From positions 1,131,102-1,195,101 of the forward strand of contig MU057724.1 of the NCBI GenBank assembly GCA_013265495.1: 64,000 nt of DNA, written 5' to 3'. The translations under genes were made by a program, and so were the position numbers. Below are positions 24,400 to 37,719 of the stretch, piece by piece. This DNA comes from Vicugna vicugna (lineage: Eukaryota). The first letter of the stretch is position 1. Each line of letters begins with the position of its first letter. The notes below the pieces were generated by a model that worked only from the letters and a program-made list of their open reading frames with translations, was not told where the DNA came from and did not search any database.

Positions 24400-25790
24400 G
24401 TTTTTTGGTTTTTTTCATTGGTGTAACATTGACTTACGCTGTTACATTAGTTTCTGGTGTGTGTCACAGTGCTTCGATATTTTTACACATGACAAGCTGG
24501 TCCCCCCCCAAGTCCAGACACCGTCACCATTCAAAGCTGCTACAATATTATCAACTGTAGTCCTCACACTGTACATGTCACCCCATGACTCGTTCACTCT
24601 ACAGATGAATTTTGTGCCTCAGTCTCTATTTCAGTCACCCCCCAGCCCATTCTCCTCTGGCAACTGCCTGTCTGTTCTCTGTATCCATAACTCCATTTTT
24701 GTTATTGTGTTTTTTCATTTGCTTTTTTTTTTTTAGATCCCAGATGTAAATGATACCATACAGTATCTGTCTTTCTCTGGCCTGTTTCAATAAGCGTAAC
24801 ACTCTCTGGGTCCATCCATGCTGTTACTGAGCATGGCAAGATGCAATTCTGTTTTCAATGGCTGAGAAATATTCTTCTGTGTATCTACACCACAGCTCCT
24901 GCATCCATGCGTCTCCTGATATGCACTTATGTTGCTTCCATGTCTTGGCTCCTATAAATAATGCTGCAAGGAACCTAGGGGTGAATATATCTTTTCTAAT
25001 TAGTGTTTTGTTTTCTTTGGAAAAATACCCAGACGTTGAATTGCTGGGTCTTACGGTAGTTCTACTTGTAGGTTTTTGAAGAAACTTCATAGTATTTTCT
25101 ACAGAAACTGCACCGATTTACACTCCTACCAACAGTGTACTAGGGTCCTTTCCCCACATCTTCACCAGCACTTGTTATTTGTTGTCTTTTTGATGTTAGT
25201 CATTCAGACAGGGCTGAGGTGATATCTCGTGGTTCCATTTGCATTTCCCTGTTGATTAAGTGATGCTGAGCATCTTTTCATGTGCCTGGTGGCCGTCTGT
25301 GTGTCTTCCCTGGAGAAAAGTCTGTTAAAATCCTCTGCCTGTTTTTTTAAACCAGTTGCTTTTTTCAGATTAATTGTATGACTTATTTGTATATTTTGGA
25401 TATTAACCTATTATCGAATGTATCGTTTGCAAATATCTTCTCCCATACAGTAGGCAGCCTTTCTGTTTTGTTTATGGTTTCTTTCATTGTGCAAAAGCTT
25501 TTCGGTGTGAGGCAGACGTATTTATTTTTACTTTTGTTTCCCTTGCCTGAGAAGACAGATCCAAAAAATATTACTAAGACTGATATCAAAGAGCATACCA
25601 CTTCTGTTTTCCTCTAGAAGTCTTGTGGTTTCAGGTCTTACATTTAAGCCTTTAATCCATTTTGAGTTTGTTTGTCTCTGGTGTGAGGAGTAGTGCAGGT
25701 TGACTCTTACAGGCAGCTGTCCAGTTCTCCCTGTTACTGCTTATTGAAGAGGCTGTCTTTCCCCATTGAATAATTTTGCCCCTTTTATTG
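24400..25790 (-). mobile_element. L1 3' portion (~1.4 kb), ORF2 C-terminus plus 3' UTR
   Basis: ORFs 25383-25601(-) KSFCTMKETINKTERLPTVWEKIFAN...LISKIYK and 24824-25090(-) KTLIRKDIFTPRFLAALFIGAKTWKQHKC match L1 ORF2; T-rich tail at left end. Confidence 0.95.
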
Positions 25791-26625
25791 TAATCTCATT
25801 TTTCCTCTTGATGATTCACAAGGCCTGAGTTACCCCTAGAAACTGACAAGTAATTGTGGTAAAACTGTGTGCAGTAGGAGGTGAATGGGATGCACGTGTT
25901 CCTCACGGATAAAGTGAGTGAATTTCAGTGTCTAGATTTCATTCCTTCTACTCTGAATGCTCACAGAACTTTATTTTTACTTTCTGCATCTAGACTACTC
26001 TCCAGAATGTTGAGATTGCCGGAGAAGTGACCTCTGAGAAAGGAGAACACTGCTCTGCCTAAATTCAAGTAAGTCCGTTACTTTTCAGAAAGTTGTTGTG
26101 AGTAAAGTCATCCCTCTGCAAGAGAGCATCACTTACTGCCTGCTTGGAATTTCCCAGTGTCGAGTGCTGTATGCTTTCACACTGTGCAAAGCCCACGCTA
26201 CAGGCTTTCATAGCATCATACCTTGCAAACCCCAGCCACAGCCCAAGAAAGGTCACATGTCATGAGGGAAGAGAGGGACAAAGGCAGTTGGAAGCAGAGT
26301 GATGGAAACTCATCTGGGATGGCGGTTCCTACCCCCAAAGCTATTTCTTCTGGAATCCCAGTTTCCTTGTTTAAAAAATATCTCAGGTTGCATTTCAGAT
26401 ATTACTCTGTCTTCTTAGGTATATATCTTTGCCTCCCATGTTTGTCTGTGTTTGTTTGGACCCCAACACACTTTGCTAATAAGCATCATGTCTGAACTGG
26501 TGTTGTTCTGAGGGAGGAGTGAAGAGGAGAAATGCGGCGCTTGGTCTTGTAACATGTGGCACACCCTCCTGGCCTGCTCTCTGGGACTTCGCACACTCGC
26601 CGGGTCCAGAACTGCATGTCAGCGT

Positions 26626-26693
26626 GCACGGTTAGCGCGTTTCTTGTGGCCCCGACCTCGCACTGTTAGCGCGTTTCTCGTGGCCCCTGACCT
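26626..26693. repeat. 34-bp tandem duplication
   Basis: GCAC(G/T)GTTAGCGCGTTTCT(T/C)GTGGCCCC(T)GACCT at 26626 and 26660. Confidence 0.85.
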
Positions 26694-27399
26694 GACCTGT
26701 AGCATTTTGCTTGCTCCTCTGCTTCTGTCCGTGCTCACGCTCGTCCACATTTAAGCGAGACTGGCTCCCCGTTCAGCTGGAAACAGCCCGCGAGCAAGAG
26801 CACACGGGACGTCCCTGCCTGGTGCCCCCGCCCTGCCTGCTGGGCTGGGGGAGCTTTCAGCCCTCCTTGGCCTTTCCTAACTGCCAGACAAGGTCACTTT
26901 GACATAAATACTTGCTACCTGAACTGGTAAGTCGTAAGCTATTGCTGCTTTTCTGTGCTTTGCAGATGTTTGAGACACTTGACCTTGTACTTCGGCTCAT
27001 CTCCCCCCGGCCTCTCCCTCTTTGTGTTGAGTGTCGCATCTGCTCGCAGGAAGCAGCTTCTGTTGGCCCATTTACCTCCAGAATTATCACTGAAATTCGC
27101 GGTCCTCCCAGGCCTGTTTGTGATGTCAAAGTCACTGGCTTCACTAGAAGAGCGTCCTCTGCTTCTAGTTTTGCTGACCGTGCTGGCTGCTGTGGATAAA
27201 GTGGCAAAGTTACCAGATGCAAAGACGCTTAGTTTTGAGCCCAAGACCAACTCTGTGTTTGAGCAACTTGCTTAGTATTTTCTGACTGGTCCGCTCCCCT
27301 CCTGCCTCGCTACACGGCGGGCTGGCTGAGCGCGCTGCCAGTGCAGGTGTGGCTCCGGGCCGTGGTGTCCTGGAGACGCCGACCTCTCGTATAGAAACA

Positions 27400-27550
27400 A
27401 GGGTGCTGACCTCCCCTGTGGTTTTTGCTTATTTTTGTTTCCATGAGAGTTTGAAGGAAGAAAATATAATTTCTCTTTGTGACCCCAGGATTTACCACCA
27501 TGCCAGATGTATAGGCTCCCAAAATATTTCAGAAAAATTCATAAATTAAT
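27400..27550 (+). mobile_element. L2 3' terminal fragment
   Basis: gagtttgaaggaaga...tctttgtgacccca...accatgccagatgtataggctcccaaaatattt resembles the L2a 3' end. Confidence 0.5.
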
Positions 27551-28269
27551 GAGACTGTTTCTGGAATTGCATTCTGTGTATTTCAGACATTCTCCCACAG
27601 ATGGGAGTCTTGATACATTAAAAACATCCCTCTAGCTGCTCTCCTCTCCACCTCCCGGGCAGGTTTCTGCAAGCTCCTGGCGCTGCTTTCCTGCATGGAC
27701 AGGTTAGTCTAGGCTGCTTTAGTCCTGGTAATCCCATCTTCCACTGTTCTGGAAAATTCCATCCAAAGAGCGTTGGTTAACTCAGGTGCAGACTATTGGC
27801 AGCCTCTCAGGGCTTAGAATACAGCACATCCAGGCGTCTGTGCACAGCTGTGAAGAGGAGTCGCAGGGAATCTGGAGGTCACTGAGACACCTTTGGTGAT
27901 AAAGGAAACAATGAAAATTCTAAAATAAAATCTCATGAAAGTTACCGCTTTAAATGCTGAGCACGGTGTCATAGCTGCAGAACAGAATTAGAGAAACCAC
28001 GGGGAGCAGCAGCTAAACTGATGGAGGGACGCCACAGTGACCGCGGGGCGGGGCGGGGCTGACTTCATGGGAGGGAAACCGTGCACCCCCAGTGCCTTGC
28101 ACAGACAGGGAGACCTCCCCAGGGCCCGGCACAGAGACTGACGGAGGCGCAGAGTCAGGCGGGCAGCACTGCGGAGGCGCAGAGAAGAGCTCGGCCGCCC
28201 AGAATGCTCTCTGTGCTCCATGCGTTCCCTCTCCTCCTTTTAAATTTCCGGAAACCACTGGTTTTTAAT

Positions 28270-28700
28270 CATTCGTACAGTTCTGCCTTTTCCCAGATGT
28301 CATGTAATAGGAATTGTCCAGGGTGTCAGCCTCCTCAGCCGGCTTCTTCCCCTGAACAACATGCATTTAAGGTTCATCACGGCTTTTTGGAGCCTGATAG
28401 GTGATTTCTTTTAGTCTGAATCACATGCCACTCACTCCGTAGCTGACCACTGTTTGTTCATTCATCCGTCTACGGAGGAAATTACACAGAAAGCTGCTGT
28501 AAACATCCAGGTGCAGGTTTAACACGTTTTGAGCCACTTGGTTGGATGCCTGGCAGTGGAGCAGCTGCATCACGTGGTGAGACTGTGTTCAGTTTTGTAA
28601 GAAGCTGCAAAACCGCCGTCCATGGTGCCTGCCCCCTGGCTCCCCTCCAGGGGCCGGGCGGGGGGTGCCTGCTGCTCTCCACTGGCTGGCACCTGCTGGA
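28270..28700 (-). mobile_element. Old L1 3' fragment
   Basis: ORF 28482-28682(-) contains WTAVLQLLTKLNTVSPRDAAAPLPGIQP, a decayed ORF2 C-terminal motif; gttcagttttgtaagaagctgcaaaac. Confidence 0.75.
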
Positions 28701-29619
28701 GTCAGCCTTACAGTTTCATTTATTTTCTTAGTACTTAGCTTTTATAGGATCTTTGTTGAATTGGGAACCAAAACATTTTACAGACACTTTAAAATGTAGT
28801 CTCATAACAAGTAGAGGCATTCTCTTACAAAATAGGCGTATTTCCACTCTGCCAAGCAGATGCTGCTGTGAGCAGTGTCTGGGGGGGACCCTGCGTTTGG
28901 AGTTACACTCAGGAAATTAAAGCAGTTCTAGTTAGTTGCAAGTTCTAGGAGGGAAAGGCTGAGTAGCCACGGGAGAAGCCAACTGAGATTTCTTATTCCT
29001 TCTCCTTTCTCTCCTGCCCCCTCCTCCTCTCAGTCTCCCTCTCTCCACACACACACTCACACACACACTGAGAACCTTAAGGAAATTTTAGGTGGTTGCC
29101 CAAAATGTAAGGCTTGGAGTTAACAAATTGGAAAATGCGACTGTAAATAACACGAGTGATGCATAAACGAACAGATACAATATGAAGTCTCTTTATCAAA
29201 TCACAGCATCTACTTTGCCAGTTTTTATTCCACACCTTCCTCCACTTGTCTGCAAAATCCAGTCGGACATGTCTCGCTCCTGAAATCCAGGTGTTCGTGA
29301 AGCCTGCAGCTGTCTGCTCTGCCTGCCTCTTCACCCGTTTTTTGATGAGGGTGTTTGTTGTTGCTCTCTGGGTCTGTTTTTGCCTCATCCTTAAATCTCG
29401 TCTCTCCTCAGTGCTGTGAGCTCAGTGTGGTATTAGCTCCTCAAGGGACCCCTCTTTCCTCTGTTAGAAGCCTTTTTACTAGGACAGACCCCACACAAAT
29501 CCACCGTCTTCCACAGATTTTTCAGGCGCCCGGTCCTGATTACTTAGGTTTTCTCTGCACGTGTATGACACACCCTAGATTATGTCTGCCTGCTTTCCCT
29601 GCCAGAGTGTGAAGGCTTA

Positions 29620-30075
29620 GTGAGGAGGGCTTCCCCTGCTCTGTTCCTGGCAGCCCGTGCTCCAGCCTAGTCACTTCGCGGCTGACCCACGCGCCTCCCC
29701 TGCTGGCGGGAGCGTCCGGGACCGACTCCCAGTGAACGTAGTCTGGCTGCGATCTCGCGTCCCCGCACATCTCCAGTCCCCACGCTCATTTCTCCGCACC
29801 TCGCACCCCTCAGATTTGCGTCCGGTTCTTTGTACTTCATCCTTGTGTTTGATCTTCCTAATGGACTTTCACATAAATGTGACCCTAGTTCTTATAATTA
29901 TCTTGATGTGATTCCAGCATCCCTGCCTTTGCACAAACTAAAGCTCCAGGAACCACCACGTGGTGAGCATTTCCCTTGTTCCTCCTTCAGAAGCAGGTGT
30001 CAGGCTCAGGGGTTCATAAGGTGCTGTTTACACACTGGACGTTCTCATTATTTGTCTGATTGAATTGGGCTGAAC
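29620..30075 (+). mobile_element. Degenerate L2 3' fragment
   Basis: actaaagctccaggaacc... ending in attatttgtctgattgaattg, an L2-like terminus. Confidence 0.4.
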
Positions 30076-30624
30076 TGGTATGTGCAACATTGCTGCTTCA
30101 GCAAGTTAACATTCTGAGTATTTAAAGAAGAAAATAGCACTAGTACAATGGATAATGGTTTACACCTTTTTTATTTCTTTTTAAAACTTTATTTTTAATG
30201 TGGCTGCTAGTACATACATAAAACTATTAAAGACAGTAACATGAGGCAAAATTTCACCTGTAAGAATTTGTGGTAATGGGTAACTTTTTTTTTAAAGTGA
30301 GATGCTTTTGAAATATATTACCTTTTAGTCTTTGGTACATTTTGTTTTTTTGAGACAAAAACTTTAAATGTTCTCAGTTCAGATTTAAATACTCTTTTTA
30401 TGAAATTTAGAGATTTTTTATGGCAATTATTTATTCCTATGAAACTTATCAAACTTGTGCTAATATTTTAAAATTATTATGCTTGTTTATTAGTAAAACA
30501 AAGAAAATTTTGAGATTTTTCTTTAAAGTGGGTGCTTTGTGACACTGATTTCTCTGAGGGTGATAAATGCCTTTCATAAAGTGATGAGGCTTCATAATAT
30601 GCTTAGAAAATATATGCAGGTTTG

Positions 30625-30785
30625 TTACAAGTCAGAGCTCTGATGAAGTCGGAAGTGATGCCATTACTCACCAGCCATGAGACCCTGGACAGTTTCTCAA
30701 ACTCTCTTGAGTCTTCGACCCCATATAAATCATAGTGCTTTGAGGAGAATAAATGAATAATATCTGTAAAGTCCTTAATGCTATT
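30625..30785 (+). mobile_element. MIR SINE
   Basis: ttactcaccagccatgagaccctggacagtttctcaaactctcttgagtctt...tgaggagaataaatgaataatatctgtaaagtcctta follows the MIR core and tail. Confidence 0.7.
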
Positions 30786-31153
30786 TCTATGAAATAATCA
30801 GCAAATAACAGTAGTCAATATCTTTTAAAATTATTATTTCACTTTGAAGTTTACAGATAATTTTGGAAAATGCTATATTTAACATTTGATTTAACTTTTG
30901 CAGCAGCCTTGTTAAGATGGTAGTATTGGGCTCATTGTGTAACTGACGAAATAAAAAGTAGGAGATATGGAATTGCACAGATCCATGATGACTGACAAAT
31001 CTAGGGACAGCTGGACCCCAGAAACCTGGGCCGAACACAAGGAATTCACCAGAGACATGATGAATTTGAAGATGAAACCAATAGATAGGAATGCCTCTCA
31101 TTGTTATCCTGGGGCTTCCCTGTGTTTCCTAAAATGCTCTTGGCCGTAGTAGG

Positions 31154-31328
31154 TCAGCGTGTCTCACAAGAGTGCACGTCAAGATCACCTGTGGCTTGTT
31201 ACGGGGCAGGCCTCTGGGCCCCCGCTCAGAGCTTCCCATTCAGTAAGTCGACGTGGAGCCTGAGAATTTGCATTTCTAACAAGTTCCCAGGTGCTGCTGG
31301 CACAGGGGCTACACTTTGCGAACCGCTA
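31154..31328. mobile_element. MER5A DNA transposon (hAT-Charlie)
   Basis: cagcgtgtctcac...atcacctg...gcctgagaatttgcatttctaacaagttcccaggtgctgctg...cactttgcgaaccgct is diagnostic MER5A sequence. Confidence 0.9.
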
Positions 31329-31614
31329 TAAAATGAAATGGATGGTTTATACTGGCAAGTACGTGGGGTCTCCTGTGATTTGGCCCTGGGTTCTGTCTGT
31401 TTCATGTCCAGGTTTGCTCTGTGGGTAAGGGACGGTGACTGCAGTCACACTCTAGGTGGCCAGGTGTCCTGGAAGACCACGCCAGGACCCCTGGTCAAGC
31501 CAGCTTGCGTCCACGGTGACACTCACAGCAGAACTGAACCTTCAGTACATTTCAGAAGGGACATGGTTTTGAGTATGAATACTGACTGTTCTGTGCACGA
31601 ACTATAGTCTCTCT

Positions 31615-31757
31615 CTGCTGTACAGCACAGGGAGTTGTCCTCAGTGCCCTGCAATAGACCACAGTGGGGAAGAATGCACGCACACATGTAACTGAGCCAC
31701 TGTGCTGTGCACCAGAGACGAGCACAACATTGTGGGCCAACATTTTAATAAAAAATA
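31615..31757 (+). mobile_element. L1 extreme 3' end with poly-A
   Basis: ctgtacagcacagggag...gtaactgagccactgtgctgtgcaccagagacgagcacaacattgt...aataaaaaaa; related to inverted copies at 52905-52995 and 57340-57500. Confidence 0.8.
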
Positions 31758-32114
31758 TAGTATCTTGACAAAAAAGCATATAAATAAAAAGAGAAAAGAT
31801 TAAAATTGCTCTCAGTAGCATGTGTAAGAATTGAGGATCTTCAAATATTAGTTCCAAATTCTTTCCTAAGTTAAATTCTGATCTAAGCTAATTCTCCCCC
31901 CGAGCACATTTGAGTGAAGGGTATTTTGTGAACAGTGGGAAACACTGGGTTCTGTGGTGGGCGTTTTCTGTCTGAAAGTGAAATTATCCGTGATAGCTAT
32001 TGACAGCCTTCCTGCATTCACATCTACACATCAGGTGTGCACTGACTCCCCACTGCACCCCACGGGGCTCGGAGTGAGCAGGGTGTTGTGTGCATCTGCA
32101 CTTGCAACTTCATC

Positions 32115-32515
32115 CTCTCAGGGAGCTGCCATCTTTATCACTGTGATGCTCTTCTTTGTCTTGTTACCATTTGGGGCTTAAATCCGTTTTTATCTGAAAT
32201 CAGTACAGCTGCTTCCACTTGCTTTCGGTTCCCACTTGCGTGGGGTGCCTTTCCCACCCCTCACTCTGAGCCTGTTTGTCCTTAAAGCTGAAGTGAGTCT
32301 CTTCTAAGCAGCATGGAGTGAGGTCTTGCTCTTTATACACCCAGTGGCTTTGTGCCTTTCGATTGTTGAATTCAGTCAAATTACATTCAGATTAATTATT
32401 GATATGTGAGGACTTACTAATACCATTTTATTAGTTACTTGGAGGATTTGTATAGTATAATTGATTCTTTTTTCCTCTCATGATACCTACCTTTGTGATC
32501 TGGTGATTTTCCACA
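32115..32515 (-). mobile_element. L1 fragment (ORF2 start)
   Basis: cagctgcttccacttgctttcggttcccacttgcgtggggtg...taaagctgaagtgagtctcttctaagcagcat; paralogous to 11700-12070. Confidence 0.85.
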
Positions 32516-35339
32516 AGGTGATTGCAATTAGCTGTAACTAAAAATGACATAATTTATTGAAGAATAGTTAGATGGAGCTAGATAGGTCTAGGTATGTGTA
32601 GAGACAGAGAGGTCACTAGACCTATCTCTGTGTCCACATGGTTATATGTAAATATAGTTTACACACACATGTGTTTATATATGGCTGGGGATACATGTGT
32701 ATGTATGTGTTATGAGTAAACAATAAGCTTTTTGCTAAGGCAGGCTTCCTACCAGTTTCTGTTCTCTGAGAAAGCAACATGAGTAGCAGCAGAGCAGAGA
32801 ACCTCCCCGCCTGCTGCTTACACGTGCATCAGGCATTTTCACAGCTACTTGCCAGGTGTCCCCCCAAGACTTTTCTCTTTCCTCTTTGTGCTCTTCTACA
32901 CGGAACAAAAAAGGCAGAAGATGCTTTCATCCAAACAGCTCAGAACAGATAAAGGCTACGTTCTTCAGCTGGGCAGACTTGGGTAAGGGCAGAGTGGAGG
33001 TGGCTCAGCTTGGGGGGGAGGGCGGCTCGAGGGCTGCTTCCAGGAATGTTCTAAACTGACCCTTTGCCTTCGAGAAGACCGTGTTCTTTCCTGTCCTGTG
33101 AATTCCAGTTTTTATAAACGGTGCCCTTTGGTTTTCATAAGAACTCCATACCCTTATTAATTCCAAGAATGTCGTGTAGATAAAGAACTAGATACCCAGT
33201 TACCAGCTGTAAAACAGGAAATCATGTTTCTGCGTGGCCGTCTGACCACTGTCTCAGTGCTCTTCCTTTGACACTGGTCAGAAGCTCCTGTGGATATTGG
33301 TCAACTCAGGTGGGGTGTTTTAGGACCTGACCGAAGTAGTTTTCTAGTACAATTCCACCAATTAAAGCATCTGAAATAATAAGGGTATTAGAACTAAAGA
33401 GAATTTTTTTGTATTGAGTTCATGGAACTCCTGAAATGAACTCCAGTTAAATCACCTTCATATATTTTGGTGGATAAAGATCTGTAACAAATTATTGATA
33501 TTAAAATTTTATCTCAAGATGCAAGTGAACTACACTCTCCTTTAAAATTAGTGTTTTAATAACATCTTTTGGTTGGTAAATTCTGGGCTTTCAGGAGGAC
33601 TCTGCTCACTTCCTCGGTTGTGCTTTTGGTTATAATTGAGTTTATTCTCTGATTTACGTCTTTTCATTACACCTTTTCTATTATGGATTTTTGAAATTTA
33701 ATAATGTGATAGTTTAAAATCTGCAGGAAGCATGTAAGTGACAACTGTTTGTTCAGCAGAACTAGGAGAGGCACACGGTGACATCAGGCGTGCTAGTCCC
33801 CCAGCCACGACTTGTCTGGTCACTGAAACTTCCCTTCGAGGAATGCAGATCATGTCACTGAATCATTTTTCTGAGTCTTCAAATACCATGGGAAAAATGT
33901 GAACAACATATACTATTATTTAATTTACCTCAAATTGAAATTCAGTGTGTTTTCATCATTTAGAGAAACTTTGATATTTACTTTCAGTAAATTATATGCA
34001 TTGTACCTGCATATAAATCATATTAATCCAAAAAAAAACCAAATTGAAGACTTTTTATCCCTTGTATGAGAATATCTTCAGAGTTTTTACTTAGGACCAC
34101 ATTCTCCTTGTTCTAAAGCTTGCACACATGTAATTGGATTTTGTGTTGCGAGATACCTCTCCAGAATGGTGAACCAAACTATCACTCTGGAGAAAAAGAA
34201 ATTCTACTTTATTATCTCCTATTTTCTTTATTGCTTTTCTCCCACATTAAGGTTTTTGATGCATCTGTTTTAAAACTTTGAATATGGGGTTGTGTGGAGA
34301 TACAGCTTTATTTTATTTTTCCCTAGTAGCTGAACATTTCCTAGTGCCGTCTGCGGAGCAGTCACCTGCTGACTTTGGTGACATCTTGATTATGTTTAGT
34401 GGCTCCCTGTAACCTGGTCCACCTGAAGTCCCCCAGGTGCTCCTCTGGTGTCCACAGTCCTGCCAGGAGCACTGCGTTTCTCTCCATGGCTGTGGTGTGT
34501 TTGCACATCCATCTTCTGTGGGGATGAGCCCCACATCAGACGGCAGCACACCCTGCAGCACTGTGGTCAGCTCTCCCGTGTGCTGCCCCTGCGTCGGGCA
34601 GGTCCTCGCCTCGGTAACTGACCTGGACTTAGAGAAGAGCATCTTGGGCGGGTGCCAGCTAGGAGGGGCCCCTCGCGGCTTCATCTGCCAGCCCTGCCAG
34701 GGGAGGGGAGTCCACACCCTTGGGCAGCTGCATCTACCAGCCGCAGTTTTTCAGTATCCTGAGCTGCTACTGATCATTTCTCTGGAAATGGGATGGCCAG
34801 TAATTTTACAAGACAATACAGGTCAAGCAAAACTGAGTTAGAGATCTTCTCCATCCTCAGTGTAATCTTCAGGCAGCCAGGGGCCCACTGTGGGCCTCAG
34901 ATCTGCAGGTTTTGCACACCCTGCTTCCTTTTTGCTTCTGAGTTTCATAAGGTGAATCTGGTGCAGTCCCAGCCCTGCTAGTTTACTTTTGTGACAGGCG
35001 ATGGGGTTAAGGAAGAAGTCTTTATGAAAGGAAAGGAGACAGAGCTACAGCCAGAAATACTAACGTCATTAGCGATGTGCAGTACAGCATCCATTCCTTC
35101 CTTTGTGTCGTGTTTTCTTTTAACTAAAAACCGGAAGCATTTTGTAGAATTTTAGTCTGAAAAGACGTAAAAACAGCTATTAATGCTGCAACTCAAGAAA
35201 TCAAAGTGTTCTTCTGTGGTCATTTACTCTGTCCACAGGCCAAGTCATTGTGATCTCAGATTTTCTGGTTTCACAGTCATGAAGAGGTTCAAATCATTTA
35301 GCAGAAAGTGAACAATGCAGTGGAAAAGTGAAGGGGTTC

Positions 35340-35430
35340 CAGGCTGAACTGCCTGCATTAAAATCCCACTTCCAACACTCAGTCGTTGCGACCCTGGGCA
35401 AATTATTTTCACTTTTGGTGAGCATTCCAT
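35340..35430 (+). mobile_element. MIR fragment
   Basis: actgcctgcattaaaatcccacttccaacactcagtcgttgcgaccctgggcaaattatttt. Confidence 0.65.
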
Positions 35431-37719
35431 GTGGAATGCTCAGCAGAGAGGTTCCCTGTTGATTACAGCCAGGGTCATCGCACCTGAGAAGTCAGATCAA
35501 GGAAAACGAATCATGCTTGAATTACAGGTGGACTTTCTTAGGAAAAGAAGGTACGAGAGACTTTCTTCTGTTCAATAAAAGTTTTTATTTCCTTCAGTTT
35601 TTGAAAATGTTATCTTTACTTAGTTAGTTAGACAAAACTATTGAAACAAGATGGATTAGGACCCAACGTCTGATGTGCTCCTAGAAAAGCAAGTCAGCTA
35701 ATTACGGGTTAAGCCCACAACTCTGGCTGAGCAACCTTTGGGAGATTAGGGCCCAGCGGGACCCAGCCCCACTTGTGACTGCAGATCCTGGGCAACTATT
35801 AAAGTGATGGGTAAAGGCCAACATCTGCCCTGTGAGTGTGAGCTCTTCTCTGTGAGATGCTCTGGAACCTGTGCTGAGTGTGACTCCAGTCCTCCCTGTG
35901 TGCCTGTGGAAATTCCAGCAGAGGATGCAAAGCCATGCAGGGCTCCTGGACTCCTTGTGCATGGTCACATTTCACCAGTCACTCGAATTTTGGGGGGACT
36001 TTGATTCTGAGCCGAATTACCTGGATAAAAAACATGATTAGGGAAATCTGTTTTGGTCGTGTGGATTTCAGCAAGCGAGCTCAGATGTATAGGGAGAGAG
36101 ACAGTTAACCCATTTCTTCTTGCTTTACCGCTCCCTCAGTAAATTGACTTTTCTCTTGAAGCTCTGAATAACATAACTACCCGTCTTCTCTTGCCCGCAC
36201 GGTCCTATCAGAAAGGCGTCAGTCAGCCAGTCCACGGGGACTCTGGGACTTCACTGGACGTGGCGGACACTGGGCTAGCGCTTGAAAACACACTGGCTCA
36301 TTGAACCCTTAAGGCACCCAGTGATTGTCCCACTAATACCTCCACTTAACAATGAGAAACCTACGTCACCAAAAATGAAAGTGACTTGTCCAGGGTCACA
36401 AAGAGAAGGTGTTGGAGATGGACTTTAACTCGGACAGTTCAGCTTGGAAATCCCTTTGCTCAGCCTCTGAATTGTGACTCGTCTGCTGGAAGGCCTGAGC
36501 CTCCTCATGACTGGCGCCCAGAAGCCCAAGGCCACAGTCACTGGGACTGTGGAGAAAGTAAACCCGCATAGAGCTGCGCTTCGGGTCTTCAATTCGCAGT
36601 GTTAACGCGCGAGGCCCGGTGCCTGGCCCTGCGCTAAGACCTGTGGAGTGCAGAGCCTTCCTGAGCAGCAGCGTGCGCACCTGCGGTTCTCTGCTGTCTC
36701 TTGAAATCCGGTCTGTTACATCCAGACTTTTTGGGGGAACAATTTGCCTCCTGAGCAAGGGATCCCCTTACTCAATGGTTTGGTCCATTTGGAGTCACCA
36801 GAAGCACAGGAGTAGCAATAACTGGAAGCATTTAGGCAAGAAGACCTCAACTGATGAAAGAAAGTTTCAAGATTACTTGAGAGAAGTGGAGACCAAGTGG
36901 GTCTCTGCGGAAGGAAGAGGAGAGACCCTGAAGCGCTGGATGTGGACTCGGTATAGATGATGTTAAGGCAACAGGACTGACGCAGCCCCCAGTGCCAGCG
37001 GGTCACGTCTGTGCAAGGAGCGTGTGCACCTGATCCTCATGGGCTTCCCTGCGAACACGGCATGGCGCAGGCTGCTGCTTCCCTGAGTCAGAGGGCGGGC
37101 TCACTTCTGTAAGTCGCTTCCTCCCGCGTCTGTCTGACTTTCCGTCTCAAGGCTTAGAGCTCTCTCCAGCACCGTGGGCTACGCCGAGGTGTACTGCTTA
37201 GAACCCTTCAGGGGGAAGGCAGACAGAAACGATACATCAGCTCCTTCTCAAGGTAAAAGCTAGAGGCTTAGAGGCACAAACTCAAGGGCAGACAGTAAAT
37301 AATGGAGTTCGAAGTTTTCTTTTTTGTGTGTCATTCCCAGAAGTTCATGTCATATTTTGGTATGAAGTGGCTAAAATTTCTCTTTTTCTTAAGAAAACTG
37401 AAAATAAATGGATCGTAGCTGTGAATAGGGTTTAGAATGACTGGTCTAACTCTATGAGTTTGGGGGAAAAACAGTGTCACTGTGGTTATAGGTTTTCCTT
37501 TTTTCTTACACATTTTCTAATACTTACATTGTGAGTCACTGGATTGAATGTTTCACTCCGACTTGAAGGACTCTGAAGAGCCCTGTTTCGCTGAGTTCCA
37601 CGCCCTCAGGAAATGCAGCGCTGCGCGAAATGCAGCAGGAGCCCGGAGAAGACACGGGAGGGGCAGCCGCGACGTCCGCTTACGCCGCTTTAAACAGTAA
37701 TGGGCAGGTGGACTTCAAG

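Noticed and set aside
35528..35550. 23-nt micro-exon (cag|GTGGACTTTCTTAGGAAAAGAAG|gtacga)
   Set aside because: No polypyrimidine tract, weak donor and frame-shifting length.
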